Source: Eledone cirrhosa (lineage: Eukaryota). Taken from it: DNA of 64,000 nt. The notes beneath the pieces are model-generated. The model was not told the DNA's origin and made no database searches. It saw nothing but the letters and a program-made list of their open reading frames with translations. The stretch spans positions 137,454,001 to 137,518,000 of the forward strand of contig OZ024741.1 of assembly GCA_964016885.1 (NCBI GenBank), given 5' to 3'. Shown here in pieces: positions 43,601-56,809 of this stretch (position 1 is its first letter; the number at the start of each line of letters is the position of its first letter). A program made the translations under genes and the position numbers.

Positions 43601-45399
43601 ATTCACGCGAGGGAGACGACTTACTGTTAAATCAAACGAGATATTAATTTACTAGAGGACCATATCTTGGTTTCAAATTGTTATATATTTAGAGAGGATA
43701 TTTGAGTGCGGAATGCAAAAAATGTTTTTATACCTAAGATAGAAAAACGATATTCATTTCATTAAATATATGCATGTCTTTATATATCTATATGTAGCTT
43801 CTTATTTTGTGTTCACGATGCCTTTATTTGTGTAGGCACCGTCGTTGCATTCGGCGTTTAAGGCATCTTTCTCCAGGTCTGAGAAAGCCGTCGAGTTGAG
43901 AGAGGGAGAGAAGGAGAGAAAGAGAGAGATATAGATAGATAGAGAAAAGGAATGGAGAAGGAGGAAGTGGATTGGGGATTTATATATCGACATTGAAAGA
44001 ATGAAAGGCGAAATTGACCTCAAAAACGCCAGAACGTTAAAAAAGACCGGTGTATGCAGATATGGAAAGGTGCTTGATGACATTGTTGAAATAAAAAAAA
44101 ATGCTTCGTGAATCACGACAGGAAGTGGTTAGATTCTTCTCTGAGGCGGCAGAGGAATGACTTATTTCCCTTGTTTAAGAGTGATCATTTCCTCATATCG
44201 TACATAGGAATACGAATCTGTTGATTTGTGTTGGGCTGTATGGGGCAATATTGAAAACCAAGAAACACGATCTTCTCAAACTAAGCGTGCACGTTTCAGA
44301 GAAAAAAAGACTTAAGTGGCAATTATCGAACACAATAAGTAATAACAATCTGGTAGTATCTCAATTGTTACGTTAGTTATCATTTCTTTCTACTATAGAT
44401 ATTACAATATATATGTTTGAACGTTTGTTTATGCTTCAATGTAGTTCATATAACCATAATTATTATATTACGATTGTATTTACTCACATATTTATATTGT
44501 TCTATTGTAAGTTTTTATTGCCATGTGACGTTTATTCATTGTTGTTATTCCAAATTTAAGATGAATTATCTTCATCTGGTTTTATTGTATTCAGTTTAAT
44601 TGATATCATATAAATATGGTGAAAGCAGAACGGGCGAGGAGAGGTGAGGAGAGAGGAAGACGATAACCGAAGTAGAGAAAGTTATTAACAGGAAAGGTGA
44701 AAACAGAAATAAACACATCAATTAGTTTACAACAATAGGGTTGTGGTGTAATGTTACGATTGTAATATTCTTGGTTGTTCGACATTATAATTGAACATAG
44801 AAAAATAGAATTAGTTACATAATATTCTCGTTTTCGTCATGGCTTCTCATGGGTTTGACCCCTGGAATGTTTCTCTTCGAGGCACAAGCCTGAATATGGT
44901 GTGTTTGTGGAATATTAGCAGTTGCCGATGCCTGTCCCTCTGCTCTCTTCACACCACCGATGTCTAAGAGAAAGGCAAAGGCTAATACAGCTTGGGACCA
45001 GCGTTGTAGCAAGGCATTTTATCCAGTCGACTGAACTGGAGCAACGTAAAATAAAGTGTCTTGCTCAAGGACAAAGAATTTGTGTCACATTTGAGCTCTT
45101 TAATTGTCCTGACGGCCTATGCCTTCAAGAGGTTAGTCATCGCTTCCAGATGCACCTCTTATACACCAGAAGATGTAACCATGTTTAGGAGATCCGGAAA
45201 GTATTCTCTCCACCCCCAGAAGATGTACCTGAATAGAACAGAAACCCAGATACGTTACTGATAGCTGCATGGATGGGGACTTCTTATTACAAAGTTGGTG
45301 GATGGCCTGCCAGAATACTTTATTTGCAGATTTAAAGTACAATTCCAGCTTAACCCAAAAGTCCTTCTATGTCTTAACTGTGGAGGCATATAGTGTCTC

Positions 45400-46085
45400 T
45401 GCAGGGTCCTTTCGCACCTGCTTAAAGAAGATTAACGTGTGCAGCCTGGTTAAAAGTGGTATTAAAGCAGGCGGGTTTAGGATCAGCCGTTTGGAATTTG
45501 CGGACGACATGGTACTAAATAACTCGTTAGAAGATAACATTCACCATGCACTTGATAGCTTTGCTACTGAGTGCTGCACGGCAGGAATGAAAGTCAATGA
45601 GACACACGTCCTTTAAAGGAAGATTGAGTAGTGCACTCTACATGTGTGCAGAGTTCTACTGAAGCAAATGGAGAGATACAAGTATCTCAAGGCCTTTTTC
45701 ACGAGTGATGAAAGGCAGGAGAAAGCTGAGTTATATGCAAGAATTGCAGTAATGCGCCAACTCCAGCATTCGGTCATCAGAAGAAGTGAGTAGGTGAAAA
45801 AGCTTGTGATCTTCAATTCGGTATTTGTGTCCACCCATACCTATGGTTATGAATCTTGGGTAATGACCGAACTAATACATTCGCAAATACAAGCGACCGA
45901 AATGGGGTTCGCTAGAGTGCGTAGGTTGGAGATCAGAGAGTCACTCCAGGTAGAGCCGCTACTTCTCCAAATTGAGAGTCCACAACTGCGACACTACGGA
46001 GATGTTACAATGTCTCAGAAAAGAGTCATTGGACAGATTTTTACAGGCAAACCCAATGGGCAGGAGACCCAGGGGAAGAAATGTG
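45400..46085 (+). mobile_element. RTE-clade LINE reverse transcriptase fragment, degenerate
   Basis: Encodes ISRLEFADDMVL, AGMKVNET, YKYL and TYGYESWVMTE...IQATEMGF, with stops and frameshifts. Confidence 0.8.
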
Positions 46086-46254
46086 AAAACGTGATCGACC
46101 TATAGTGATTTACTGTAATAACAGTAGATCACTATAGGTAGTAATTGACTGTTTACTTATCTACGTCTCTAAGTCTAATTTACACAATGTTCAGCGTTTG
46201 GAAAGCTCGCATTTTCAAATTTTGAACATATTTAGCGCTCCAATAATTCCTACG

Positions 46255-46583
<329 letters not shown>

Positions 46584-47379
46584 TTAGTCATTTCACATCG
46601 ATAAGCTGTAAACCATGTTAGTGTTAGTGTTTTGCTGCTGAATCTTATTTCAGATTATGTAATTTAACTGAACAATGGAAGATTCCCTTAGCCTCAAATC
46701 AACTCGATTTTCTTGTGAAGATCAATAGAAGTCCTGACATGAATATGGTGCCAATACATTCTCATCCATCTTACCATGTATTAATAATATACACACACTT
46801 GAAATCAATACTGAAACTGCAGTTGTCAGAATTTACTGATTATTATGACTATGACGAATCACTCTTTTATTTTCTCTCAAAAGAAAAATCCATAGCACTT
46901 TATAGTAAATTACTTGAAAACGAAGAAATATATTAAAGACTTTATTCTCTTCCTCTTCTTTGAAGACTCTGACTTAAATGCTTGATCCAGAATGTCAGCT
47001 AGTTAAAAGCTACTGCATCGATTGTAGTTTTGTTGATAGCAGGTTCTAGTTAATCGAATCTTATGACTTCTTTTCAGTTCTTATTATCAACTACAGCTGA
47101 GTGCGAATTCTGTGGCATGATCGAAATTAAAGGGAATTGATTTTGCTTGATAGTTTGTAAAATCTAGATTTTACAAGATTTAATATTGGAAATTACGAAA
47201 AATATTAGAATCAGATTAAAATATCTTCAATGTTTAGGTTCGAGACTCAACATTTGAACATTAAATTCTGCTATTGTTAACTCGATGTTTGGACTGGCGG
47301 GCCTCTAACGATTTCGACGACGAGTGTCCTAGTTATTTCATCAATGTTACAACCTGCACACGAAAGAACGTGTAAATAA

Positions 47380-47806
47380 CTGAGAACTCCTCAAACACAT
47401 GTACCTTTAACATAATTCTCAGGGAGATTCAGTGTCCCATTGTGACACAGGCTTGGACCTTTGAATTACAGGTATAGGGCATCCAACTGAGCACTCCTCA
47501 AAGGCATGTACTTTTAATATAATTCTCAGGGAGATTCAGTGTCACATTGTGACACAGGCTTGGACCTTTGAATTACAGATATAGGACTTCCAACTGAGCA
47601 CTTCTCAAACATATGTACTTTTAACATAATTCTCAGAGAGACTCAGTGTCACATTGTGACACAGGATTGGACCTTTGAATTACAGATAGAGGGCATCCAG
47701 CTGAGCACTCCTCAAACACATGTACTTTTAACATAATTCTCAGGGAGATTCCGTGTTACATTGTGGGACAGGCTTGAACCTTTGAATTACAAGTATAGTT
47801 CATCCG
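47380..47806. repeat. 107-bp tandem repeat x4 derived from a family B SINE tail
   Basis: ctgagcactcctcaaacacatgtac...ctttgaattacag units start at 47380, 47487, 47594 and 47701. Confidence 0.9.
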
Positions 47807-48361
47807 ACGGGCTTACAACCAGTTTGCGTCTATCATAGCTCGAGGCTATGGTAAATAGCATTTAAAAAAAATCAAAGTTGACTTGGGCTTTATTTGAACT
47901 CAACTGGCAGAGTGCCGTAACAAATTATATAAGACCGATAAAACTGTGCCAATTCACCCCCATAGTCCACAACACGTGGTGTCATGAATAATTTAAGGAT
48001 GGCTTACAGAATTTAAAAATAAAAAATAAACGAAATTTATGACTATTGAATCGAAAATAGAGCAAAGTGATTTAATTATAAGAGAAGAGATGGAAGATAG
48101 GATGATATTATATCATTTTAAAAGTGGTGTGTAGAAAACATTACAGCTAATGAATATAGAATTTATTACAACTTTAATGTGATTTTTTCACACTACAGAA
48201 ATTACACTTAATTTTATAATCTACATTTTGTCAAACTACAAACTTAAAACGCTAATTTCCATAAACTGAATGTTGTTTTTGTTATGGTTTGTTACCATAT
48301 TATTCAGAATAAAATTATTACTCCAAACATTAGGTAAAAACCTGCCTGCTTATAAAGATAG

Positions 48362-48394
<33 letters not shown>

Positions 48395-48400
<6 letters not shown>

Positions 48401-48765
48401 AGAGTATTGAAGTTTGCTTGAAGCATTGTGGAACAATAAGTAAATATCTTTATGTCGTTTGGAAGCCTCGACAATGCAAATGGGTAAATCTCCGGGTAAC
48501 AAGGTCCGGTGGTGGAGAGAGAGATGTAAGTGGGTGTACGCTGAGATGCGTCGTGTGTATAAGATGTGTGAGATGTGTAGAATGAAGGGAAGAGTATAAA
48601 GGATAAAAATAAAAATAACAACACAAGAGAGAGTTACCTTGGGAGAGATTTAATAGTCCCTATATATTTCGGATTCACATCCATCAACTGGGGTTTTTTC
48701 CGGGGTGGGGGAAAAGGTTGTCTGTCGGACAAGTCCGGATCGCGTCTTTCGCTGTTTGTTGATTT
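48395..48765 (-). mobile_element. Probable PLE pLTR with degenerate hammerhead (48658-48693)
   Basis: Minus strand ccc-CAGTTGA-T-ggat gtga atcc-GAAA TATA TA-ggg, then ATTAAA and a pyrimidine-rich tail ending in (TA)n. Confidence 0.4.
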
Positions 48766-48805
48766 GAATATCATATATGTATATATACATACACTCACAC
48801 ACACA

Positions 48806-48869
<64 letters not shown>

Positions 48870-48875
<6 letters not shown>

Positions 48876-49243
48876 ATAAGAAACGGAGAATCAGTGTTGC
48901 GACGAATAGAATTTGGAAACTCTGCTTTGTAGAATCGAGACGTATCTGACGACCTTGCGATTTCAGAGTCAGGTTCGATGATAACGTCGATCGTTCCTAG
49001 AGCTGGTCGCCAGAGAAACGATTGTAATATGTCTAATAAATTCTATTCGTCGCAACACTGATTCTCCGTTTCTTATGTGATATCATACTCTGCTCTGTAA
49101 GAGCATCGAGTGCTCAAACGGCCTATCGCTTACGGACGCTTTAAGCATCCCACACCAACTATATATAAAGACAGATTTTGACGCTAATGAAACTAATAAA
49201 CCTTTGTTCGTACTGCCTCTCTGTTTTGTTCCCGTTCCATTTT

Positions 49244-49250
<7 letters not shown>
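48870..49250 (+). mobile_element. Fold-back pLTR-like element: perfect 45-bp inverted repeats enclosing a hammerhead, plus tail
   Basis: 48870-48914 is the exact reverse complement of 49038-49082; flanked by (TA)n. Confidence 0.75.
48938..49034 (+). ncRNA. Type I hammerhead with long imperfect stem II
   Basis: agacgtat-CTGACGA-ccttgcga...tcgccaga-GAAAC GATT GTA-atatgtct, followed by AATAAA. Confidence 0.65.
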
Positions 49251-49286
<36 letters not shown>

Positions 49287-50739
49287 ACAAATTTTGACGC
49301 CAAATTTGAGTAAAAGATGTGTGTTATATTTGTAAAACATCTACTAAATCTCAGGTCAATGCCATGGATTTTCAGAATCAGTAGAGCAGCGGACAACATT
49401 CTCAATGGTATTTATTTACATTCTGAGCTCAAACACCTCCATGTCAAAGTTGCTTTTATCATTCTAGGATCGATAAAATAATGTACCAGTCATGTACTGT
49501 TGTCGGTTTAATCTATTCTCTGCTCACTAATCAAATAGCTGGCTTTGTGCCTAAATTAGAAATAATTACACACCTCAGGTCAAACCTGATAAAGAAAACG
49601 GGTGATTAAACGTATTGCAGACGTTTCTGTCGCGTCGTTTATTACGCAACATTTATCTAGCGACCACATAGAGCATTCGTTGGCCTGTGGAAACTGCTGA
49701 GGCGAGACATTAAATTTACAGCTCAGATGAAGAGGTTTTTCGGGTGATTACATGATAGGATGCCCCAGTCCTGGCCGGAAAAGGAACGTGAAAGGAATAC
49801 TTAAAAACACAATGCATCCCCAGGCCCAGGAATCAAACCCAAGACGTTCTTATTGTGAATGCAACACACCCTAACCATGCACCTCCACTCATGATTCATT
49901 TAAACTTATGCTTCTATGTCGGAATTACAAATACCAGTGGGAACTGCTTTATCTTTATATCTGTCTGGTTATAATCGACGAAATAAATATTGTTTACGAT
50001 TCAAGCATCCCTCTTTACAAAAATTAAGTTTGTGTAAGCTTGATCAAAAGACATCATTATCTCATCAAATTGGCACTAGAGTTGAACTTTCTCACATATA
50101 ATGGACAAAGTATGGCCTCTGTGGAATTGTTATATAATTTATGGGTATTTTGCATTCATCATCGCGATAGTAATAATATTAGCTTAATTTATTCCGAAAA
50201 AAAAACATGAAAAAACTTTGATATGATGGCTGAAATTTAATTATTTTATCTCCAACACAACAAAAAAAAATCTATCAGATTGGATACTGTCCAAAACAAC
50301 AGGAATATTTGTTGTTTTGATTGTTGGCGAAGAATATAATTGATTAGATCTAGATATTTACGGTTTGTTACACACATGGAAGGAAATATTCCAAATAACA
50401 ATCGTAGTTTTTAAAAAAGAAAACACACACAAAACTAAAACAGAAAAAAAACACAAAACCAAACAGAAAAAAAAAGAAATAAACCCACAATCACGAGAAA
50501 ACTGGTAGAATTATTGACTTTACATTGAATTAGTTGTGATGAAGAATATTTACATTTAAAGGAATAGCAGTAGAATGAGTGAATGGCTATAGAGTTTTCG
50601 TGAATGCGTGTTTCTTAGGGGTTAATGCATTCAATTCAGGATCGTAAGCTAGTAAGTTCGAGTTCCGGTAGCGCATTGTGTACATGAGCGTCTCAGTTAA
50701 TCTTTGCGATTGTGTTATGCACAGTGTGGTAATCGATTG

Positions 50740-51038
50740 GACCCTCGTAGGTTCCGACGACGAGTGTCTCAGTTTTTTGATCAACGGAATAGCCTGTGTA
50801 AATACCTGAACATTATAGAGACACGTGTATCCTTAACATCATTTTCAGAGAGATTCAGCCAGGCACATATGACATGCTTACCTCTTTGTATCACAGATAA
50901 AACTATTTTTTCCAGCTGAATGGACTGGAACAACGGGTAATAGTGCCTTGTTCAAGGACATGACGCACCGCAGAGAATGGAATTCATGAGCTTACGATTG
51001 TTATACGAACATCCTACCTAGAAAGCCATACACCTTCA
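50740..51038 (-). mobile_element. CORE-like SINE (family B)
   Basis: Reverse complement of the family B head, CORE and tail. Confidence 0.7.
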
Positions 51039-51235
51039 GTTTGACTTTCTAGGGTTCTGCTATATCAACACACTTCAGATTGATTTCTCTTAACTAAGTT
51101 TATAACAGATTCATGACTATTCATGAGGATTAAAGAACATTTCCTCTCTCACTGGCCTTGACTCAATGAAAGAGGAAGGTAAATGATTTAATCCGGCGTT
51201 CCTGTTCCTGTCAATTCATTACTCTGGAACTTTAA

Positions 51236-51512
51236 TACCTGTTGATCATCAGTTATCCGTAAACCTTCAAAATCCGAAAGGTTTTTCATTGCTGAAATAT
51301 ACATTCTAACTTAATCAGGAAGTGGATATTGAAGAGGTTTTAATATTGATAAAGTTGTCTCAACTGTTCATTCAATGACAGATGGCGAAATATTATCCCG
51401 ATGATAAGAGCTGTCCTATTTTTTATATACATATATTACAAAACCTGTAAAAATCCTTAATCCGAAACACTTCCCGTCCCAAGAATTTCGGATAAAGTAT
51501 TATCAACCGCTA
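51236..51512. mobile_element. Tigger/pogo-like MITE
   Basis: TA-flanked imperfect TIRs cctgttgatcatcagttatccg / cggataaagtattatcaaccgc; subterminal aatccgaaacacttcccgtcccaag resembles Tigger4-type elements. Confidence 0.55.
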
Positions 51513-54500
51513 TTCGTAAATATTGATCCAGATTTTCTAAACACAAATTATTGTATCAACATATTAACATAAGACGTACTAATTTTAAATGAAACTAGAT
51601 TTGAATATCAATTATAACCTTATTACATCTGCTCAAAATTCGGATACCATTTCCCGTAACGTAGGAGAGCGGAATATAAATGCCGGAATTTGATGAACAG
51701 TTTCCTTTTTCGTACTGCTTGCCTTCGAGACATTTTTCCTTTGCAAAATTCGAAAGTAGGGTATCCCGCCTGAAGAAAGATCTCCGAGAAATGGAATGGC
51801 CCTTACAACTGTAATGTAGAGTTTGTCCCTTACCATTCCCCTTTTATAATTTTATTATTCCCCCTCCTCTTTTAGAAAGTACATTCATAATTGTGTACTT
51901 CTGTTCGATAAGAAATAATCTTATTTTCATTATTCAAGCAAGACGGTTCTTAAAAAAACAACTTCTTTAAACAGAATAAAAAAATTACTTGAACGTTAAA
52001 TAATATTTTGGTGTGCATTTTAGTTTTCTAAATGATTTTCCAGCGGCTAGTTCAACTTGTAAATAAAATTCTAAAGAAAAATGTTTTCATGTAAAAGGCA
52101 ACTTATATAGAAAGAAATACGAAAAATTACGTTTGAAATTGAAATGGAATTATGCAGCCAGTAAAAATAAAATAAAATTATTTTGATTAATAAATATATC
52201 TGTTGAGTTGAGTGTAGGAAGTTGTATAGAATTAATTTAAAACCTTTAAAAAATACTAAAAATAGAAATTTGAACACACACATACACGCATGCATATACA
52301 TATATTAATAGATTTTTTCGATAAAGCAATTTGTTTCTGTATATTGATCATCGTCGATATTTATATTACAAAAGCATCAAAGAATCGTGTTTTGATATTT
52401 TGCACATTGCGTCGGTGGTAACGGAAACCTTAAAAACATACGATTACTTATTAAAAGGGTAGTAGACTAAAAGTAGACTAAAAGGAAAGAATTTATTCTT
52501 TAGAAGACGATTATTTCAAGTAAAATTTAATAAACATTAAGAAAACTTCATGTGAAATAGTGCGGCTATACTTTATTGCAATAAACGGAAATTCAATATT
52601 TTAATTTTTCTCTGAAATTTTTTCTGTATTAGTAAATTAATGTTGAACTAATGTGGCAGTTGATGACGTCAGAAGACACTTCTAATAGTGGTGGCTCACT
52701 CAGCAAGTTATATCCTTCAATGAAATAATTAAGCTCATTTATTTTTCAGCCTGAAAAATTAATTTACCATCCCACCTCACCAAATATAAACATATTGATT
52801 AATAAACTTAATCAATAGAATCTAAACTTATGTAATAAAATACAACAACATGAAAGAAATTGATTAATGATCATTTTGTATTCTTAATTTACTGATTTTA
52901 ATTCAGAAACATTAAATTAATAAAAAGAGACGAAATATACTAGACATTATTGTTTCATTCTTTTAATAAGAGCTTAACTTATTCTTTTGACGTGCATGGT
53001 TCACCAAAGAAAGAAATGAAGAGGAGTGCCCCTTAAGACGAATGTCACATTGACTGAATATTGCGAAAATTTAATACAGGCAGTGATTCACAAACGGGAA
53101 TATTTTGACTCTCAAGGTTCGAATCTCAAACGTTATTGAAAGAATTTTCATCAAGCGTGGAATTGGGGAGGAATCCAAACTTGAACAGAATAGTCTACAT
53201 TGTGTATATATCAAATGAAATACCAATAGATTTAATATATTCAATATATTAAATATATTTTTAAAAAATTGTGTTTTGAAAATATTGTTCATAGTAAAGT
53301 CATGCTGGGGTGAACAATGATTTCAATTCAAAATGGAGAAGATAAGAAGAAACCTGGGATTGGAATGCAAGGAATGTGACTTGTATTTTGGAGATCCACC
53401 AGTATAGTTGAAACTTTAATTAAAATTCAATTAAAAATAAAAATGTACGTCCCAGTAGACATTATATATACTATTCTGAAAAACGAATGAGAAAAAGGCG
53501 CGTAATGGGTCTGTATCTCTTTTCTATATCAAGTTAAGGTTATAGAGTATATATTAGAAACGCAAGATTGCGAACTGGCCGAGTCATTTGAACGTCAGCG
53601 AGAATGATTTGTGGTGTTCATACCGGCTCTCTGGTATGCAAAACTCGCTATGTACTTTATGCTTTCAACGTCTATAAATAAAATAACTGCCTTGTCAATA
53701 ATGGTGTTATGCTGAGGGTGTTTTGTCTATTGTTAACGTTAAAGGTAGAAGTGTACATTGAAGTACACTATATTTTAGACACAGTAGAAGAAGAAAGTCA
53801 ATAAAATCAATCCCAGTTCTTGAGTGCTACTTCAACCTTCATCACTCCGGTGTAGATAATTTAATTCAACCAAATTTGAACAGAGAACGGAATGAGCCTA
53901 ACTAAATACCGCGAAGCATTTTCTCACGCCATAACGATTCTGCACATTTCAATAGAATTATTATAGAGTTTATTTGGCCTAAACATTGGAAATATCAACA
54001 CCGAACTCGAACTGAGATCCATAATACAACGTGTATATACTCACTTCAAATGTTAATAGAATTATCATATAAAAATAAATCAAAACAATTCGCAGTACAA
54101 GAGAACTTAAAGCATCATCACTAAGAGCTTTATACAGTGTGTATTATAGACATTTAATAATCAGCTGCCGCAAATTCAACAATTCAATAATAAACTTAGC
54201 TTGACAGTGTTTCAAACTGTCTAATTTTAGTGTTCTGCCGTTATAACAACAAAGAGATTGGATTTTCGCCATTATATCAGCAAAAATTATCGATCGAAGA
54301 GAGAATGTAGCGTAGAAAGAAAGGTTCGGATGAAAATTACAAGTCAAAGATTTGCAATTTACTGTTACTATTACAGGAACGAAGCAGGTCTGACTGAAAT
54401 GTTGAAGTCATCAAGACAATACAAGCAAATGGAAGAAATCAGTTTTTCGTCCACACTTCCGATTTATACATTAGTGAAATTCCTCAACTAATATAAAATG

Positions 54501-54544
54501 GAGAATACTATCGCTAGAATGGCTACAAATTCATTATCACGTTA

Positions 54545-54885
54545 TGTTGAGGGCGATGGAGGTTTGACGTAGAGATCACGTGGAGATGTTCGGAGTGGTG
54601 GAGGTGTGACGTAGATATCACGTGGAGATGTTCAGAGTAGGGGAGATGTGACGTAAATATAACAAGGAGATGTTTAGGGCGATGGTAATTTGACATAACT
54701 AATAGAGGACTTGATGTTTAGGGCGGTGGTGATATAACTTAGATATTATAGAATCTAAGGTTAAGGGTGGAGGAAGAACCGGATTTTGTAGGTCGGTGGT
54801 TATATGACGTAGATATTAAAGGACTTAGTGTTTAGGGTGGAGGAGGAATCTCATTTTAAGGGTGGTTAGGATATGAAATAGATAT
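54545..54885. repeat. Degenerate ~41-bp G-rich minisatellite
   Basis: ggaggtgtgacgtagatatcacgtggagatgtt-type units decaying rightwards. Confidence 0.75.
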
Positions 54886-55070
54886 TTAAAAAACCTGATC
54901 AGATGCTTTAGTTTAATATTAGATCTTACAAATATATTTAACTTTAAAACAAGTTAAAATTACCGTTTTAAGTCTTGAGCCATATTTAGAAAATGATTAC
55001 AACAAATACATCGGTGAATGCTTTACAAAGACTCACTGACACATAAAGTTTGTTTTTTGGATAACATTTT

Positions 55071-55138
55071 AAAATGCTGGTTTGAATAATTTAGAACCAG
55101 AATGTTCTTGTTCTCGTCAGAAACCGATCAGGCATTTT
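55071..55138 (-). ncRNA. Hammerhead motif with one core mutation (GAAA to TAAA)
   Basis: aaaatgc...ggttt-CTGACGA-gaacaagaa ca ttctggttc-TAAA TTAT TC-aaacc a gcatttt. Confidence 0.55.
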
Positions 55139-55657
55139 CAAGTCTACTTACATCTTGCTTTACAGTGAGTTCTCATAGATTTTGTTCATCTTTCATTTTC
55201 ACTGATATGTTTTTGTCTTGCTGAATTTTAAGCTATTTTCCTTGTCGGATAATCTGTCAGATAGGCCGGTTCAATCACTGACAACCGGATTATTTATTCT
55301 AATTCATATTTACTTATACATTCCTGAGTTATTTCCACAGAAGGAATTAGGTTGACATTATGTATTAAATAGTATAATGCAGGCCTTGCAGATATTAACA
55401 TCTTTCATTCTAAAGTATAGAATATTTGCTTCCCATTATACCAGGTTCGATGAAATATATAGCTGTAATACATTTAGATAACTTTACTGATCCGTCAGCA
55501 TTATTGTGTTCATCCATTGCCTAATCAAAGACTATAATAAATTTGTCATTAATAGTATTCCTTCTTAACATCAAAAGTATATCAGAACATACTTACACAC
55601 ACACACACGCGCGCACACACACACACGCACACGCACACGCACACGCACACACACACA

Positions 55658-55688
<31 letters not shown>

Positions 55689-56463
55689 AGCAAAATAAAT
55701 GGAAGAGAAGGCAATACATTCAATAACAAAATTTACTCACATGGTGCTTCATCTACTCGATATCAATAATATAACAGTTCTATACATATATGTATGTACG
55801 TATGTATGTATATATAAATATATATTGCTATAAGGGATATTTTCGTTGAATCTTCAGAGAAGAAACATTGTTTATAATGATGTTGCTGGAAGGTAGTCCA
55901 ATTTATAAAAGAGCGAACGAAATTTACCATTACTGGATTAAATATTCCTTTACAGGAGAGGTAAAAACACGTCGGAGTGCATACCTTACAACGACCGTAT
56001 ATGTGTGTCCGCATGTATCTGTGTGTTTCTAAATATATTGTTAATAACTCCCTCTGGTTGAGTAATCTTTGAAGTGTTGTGACTGCTGGAAAGCTGCCAT
56101 TACTCATACTTCTCGCCTCCTTCACCACCTCTTCTACGGCTTCGATATAAATACCCCCTCCGCCTCTGTGGTATTTTCTTCGGGGTTATAAGAGGCTTAG
56201 CTCTGTTTCTCGACCGTTATATCGCGTGACTATCTCCTCCTCCGCCTTTTGGGATTCTTTCTCACGTCGTGTAGACGCGTTCTTGAGACTAGTAAAATGA
56301 GGTATCCTCTTGATAAGTCGGCAGACCTCGCAGGGACTCTATATCTTTATGATGTATTGTTTTTGTTTATGCCACGAAACTACGTAGTCGAGGAATCTAG
56401 GAGCAGTTTAGGTATGATACATTTTATTACTAATTATATCTAAATGTTTCTTCTCTCTTCATA

Positions 56464-56561
<98 letters not shown>

Positions 56562-56753
56562 GTCGTGGTGTTGCCTTTGCGAAACACGACAAACTATCTT
56601 ATTTGCTGCGTGTTATAAAAGCAATGGCTACTACACCGTCTTTATCCTACTAAATCTTGAAAGAAAATGCTGCAGGACATACCATACACACACACACAAA
56701 AAAACATACACACATACATACTCTCACAAACACAAACACACATACATACACAC

Positions 56754-56809
<56 letters not shown>

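Noticed and set aside
47380-47806. CRISPR-like array
   Set aside because: Whole units are repeated with no unique spacers; eukaryotic SINE-derived sequence.
55830-55870. Minus-strand CTGAAGA...GAAA
   Set aside because: No convincing stems.
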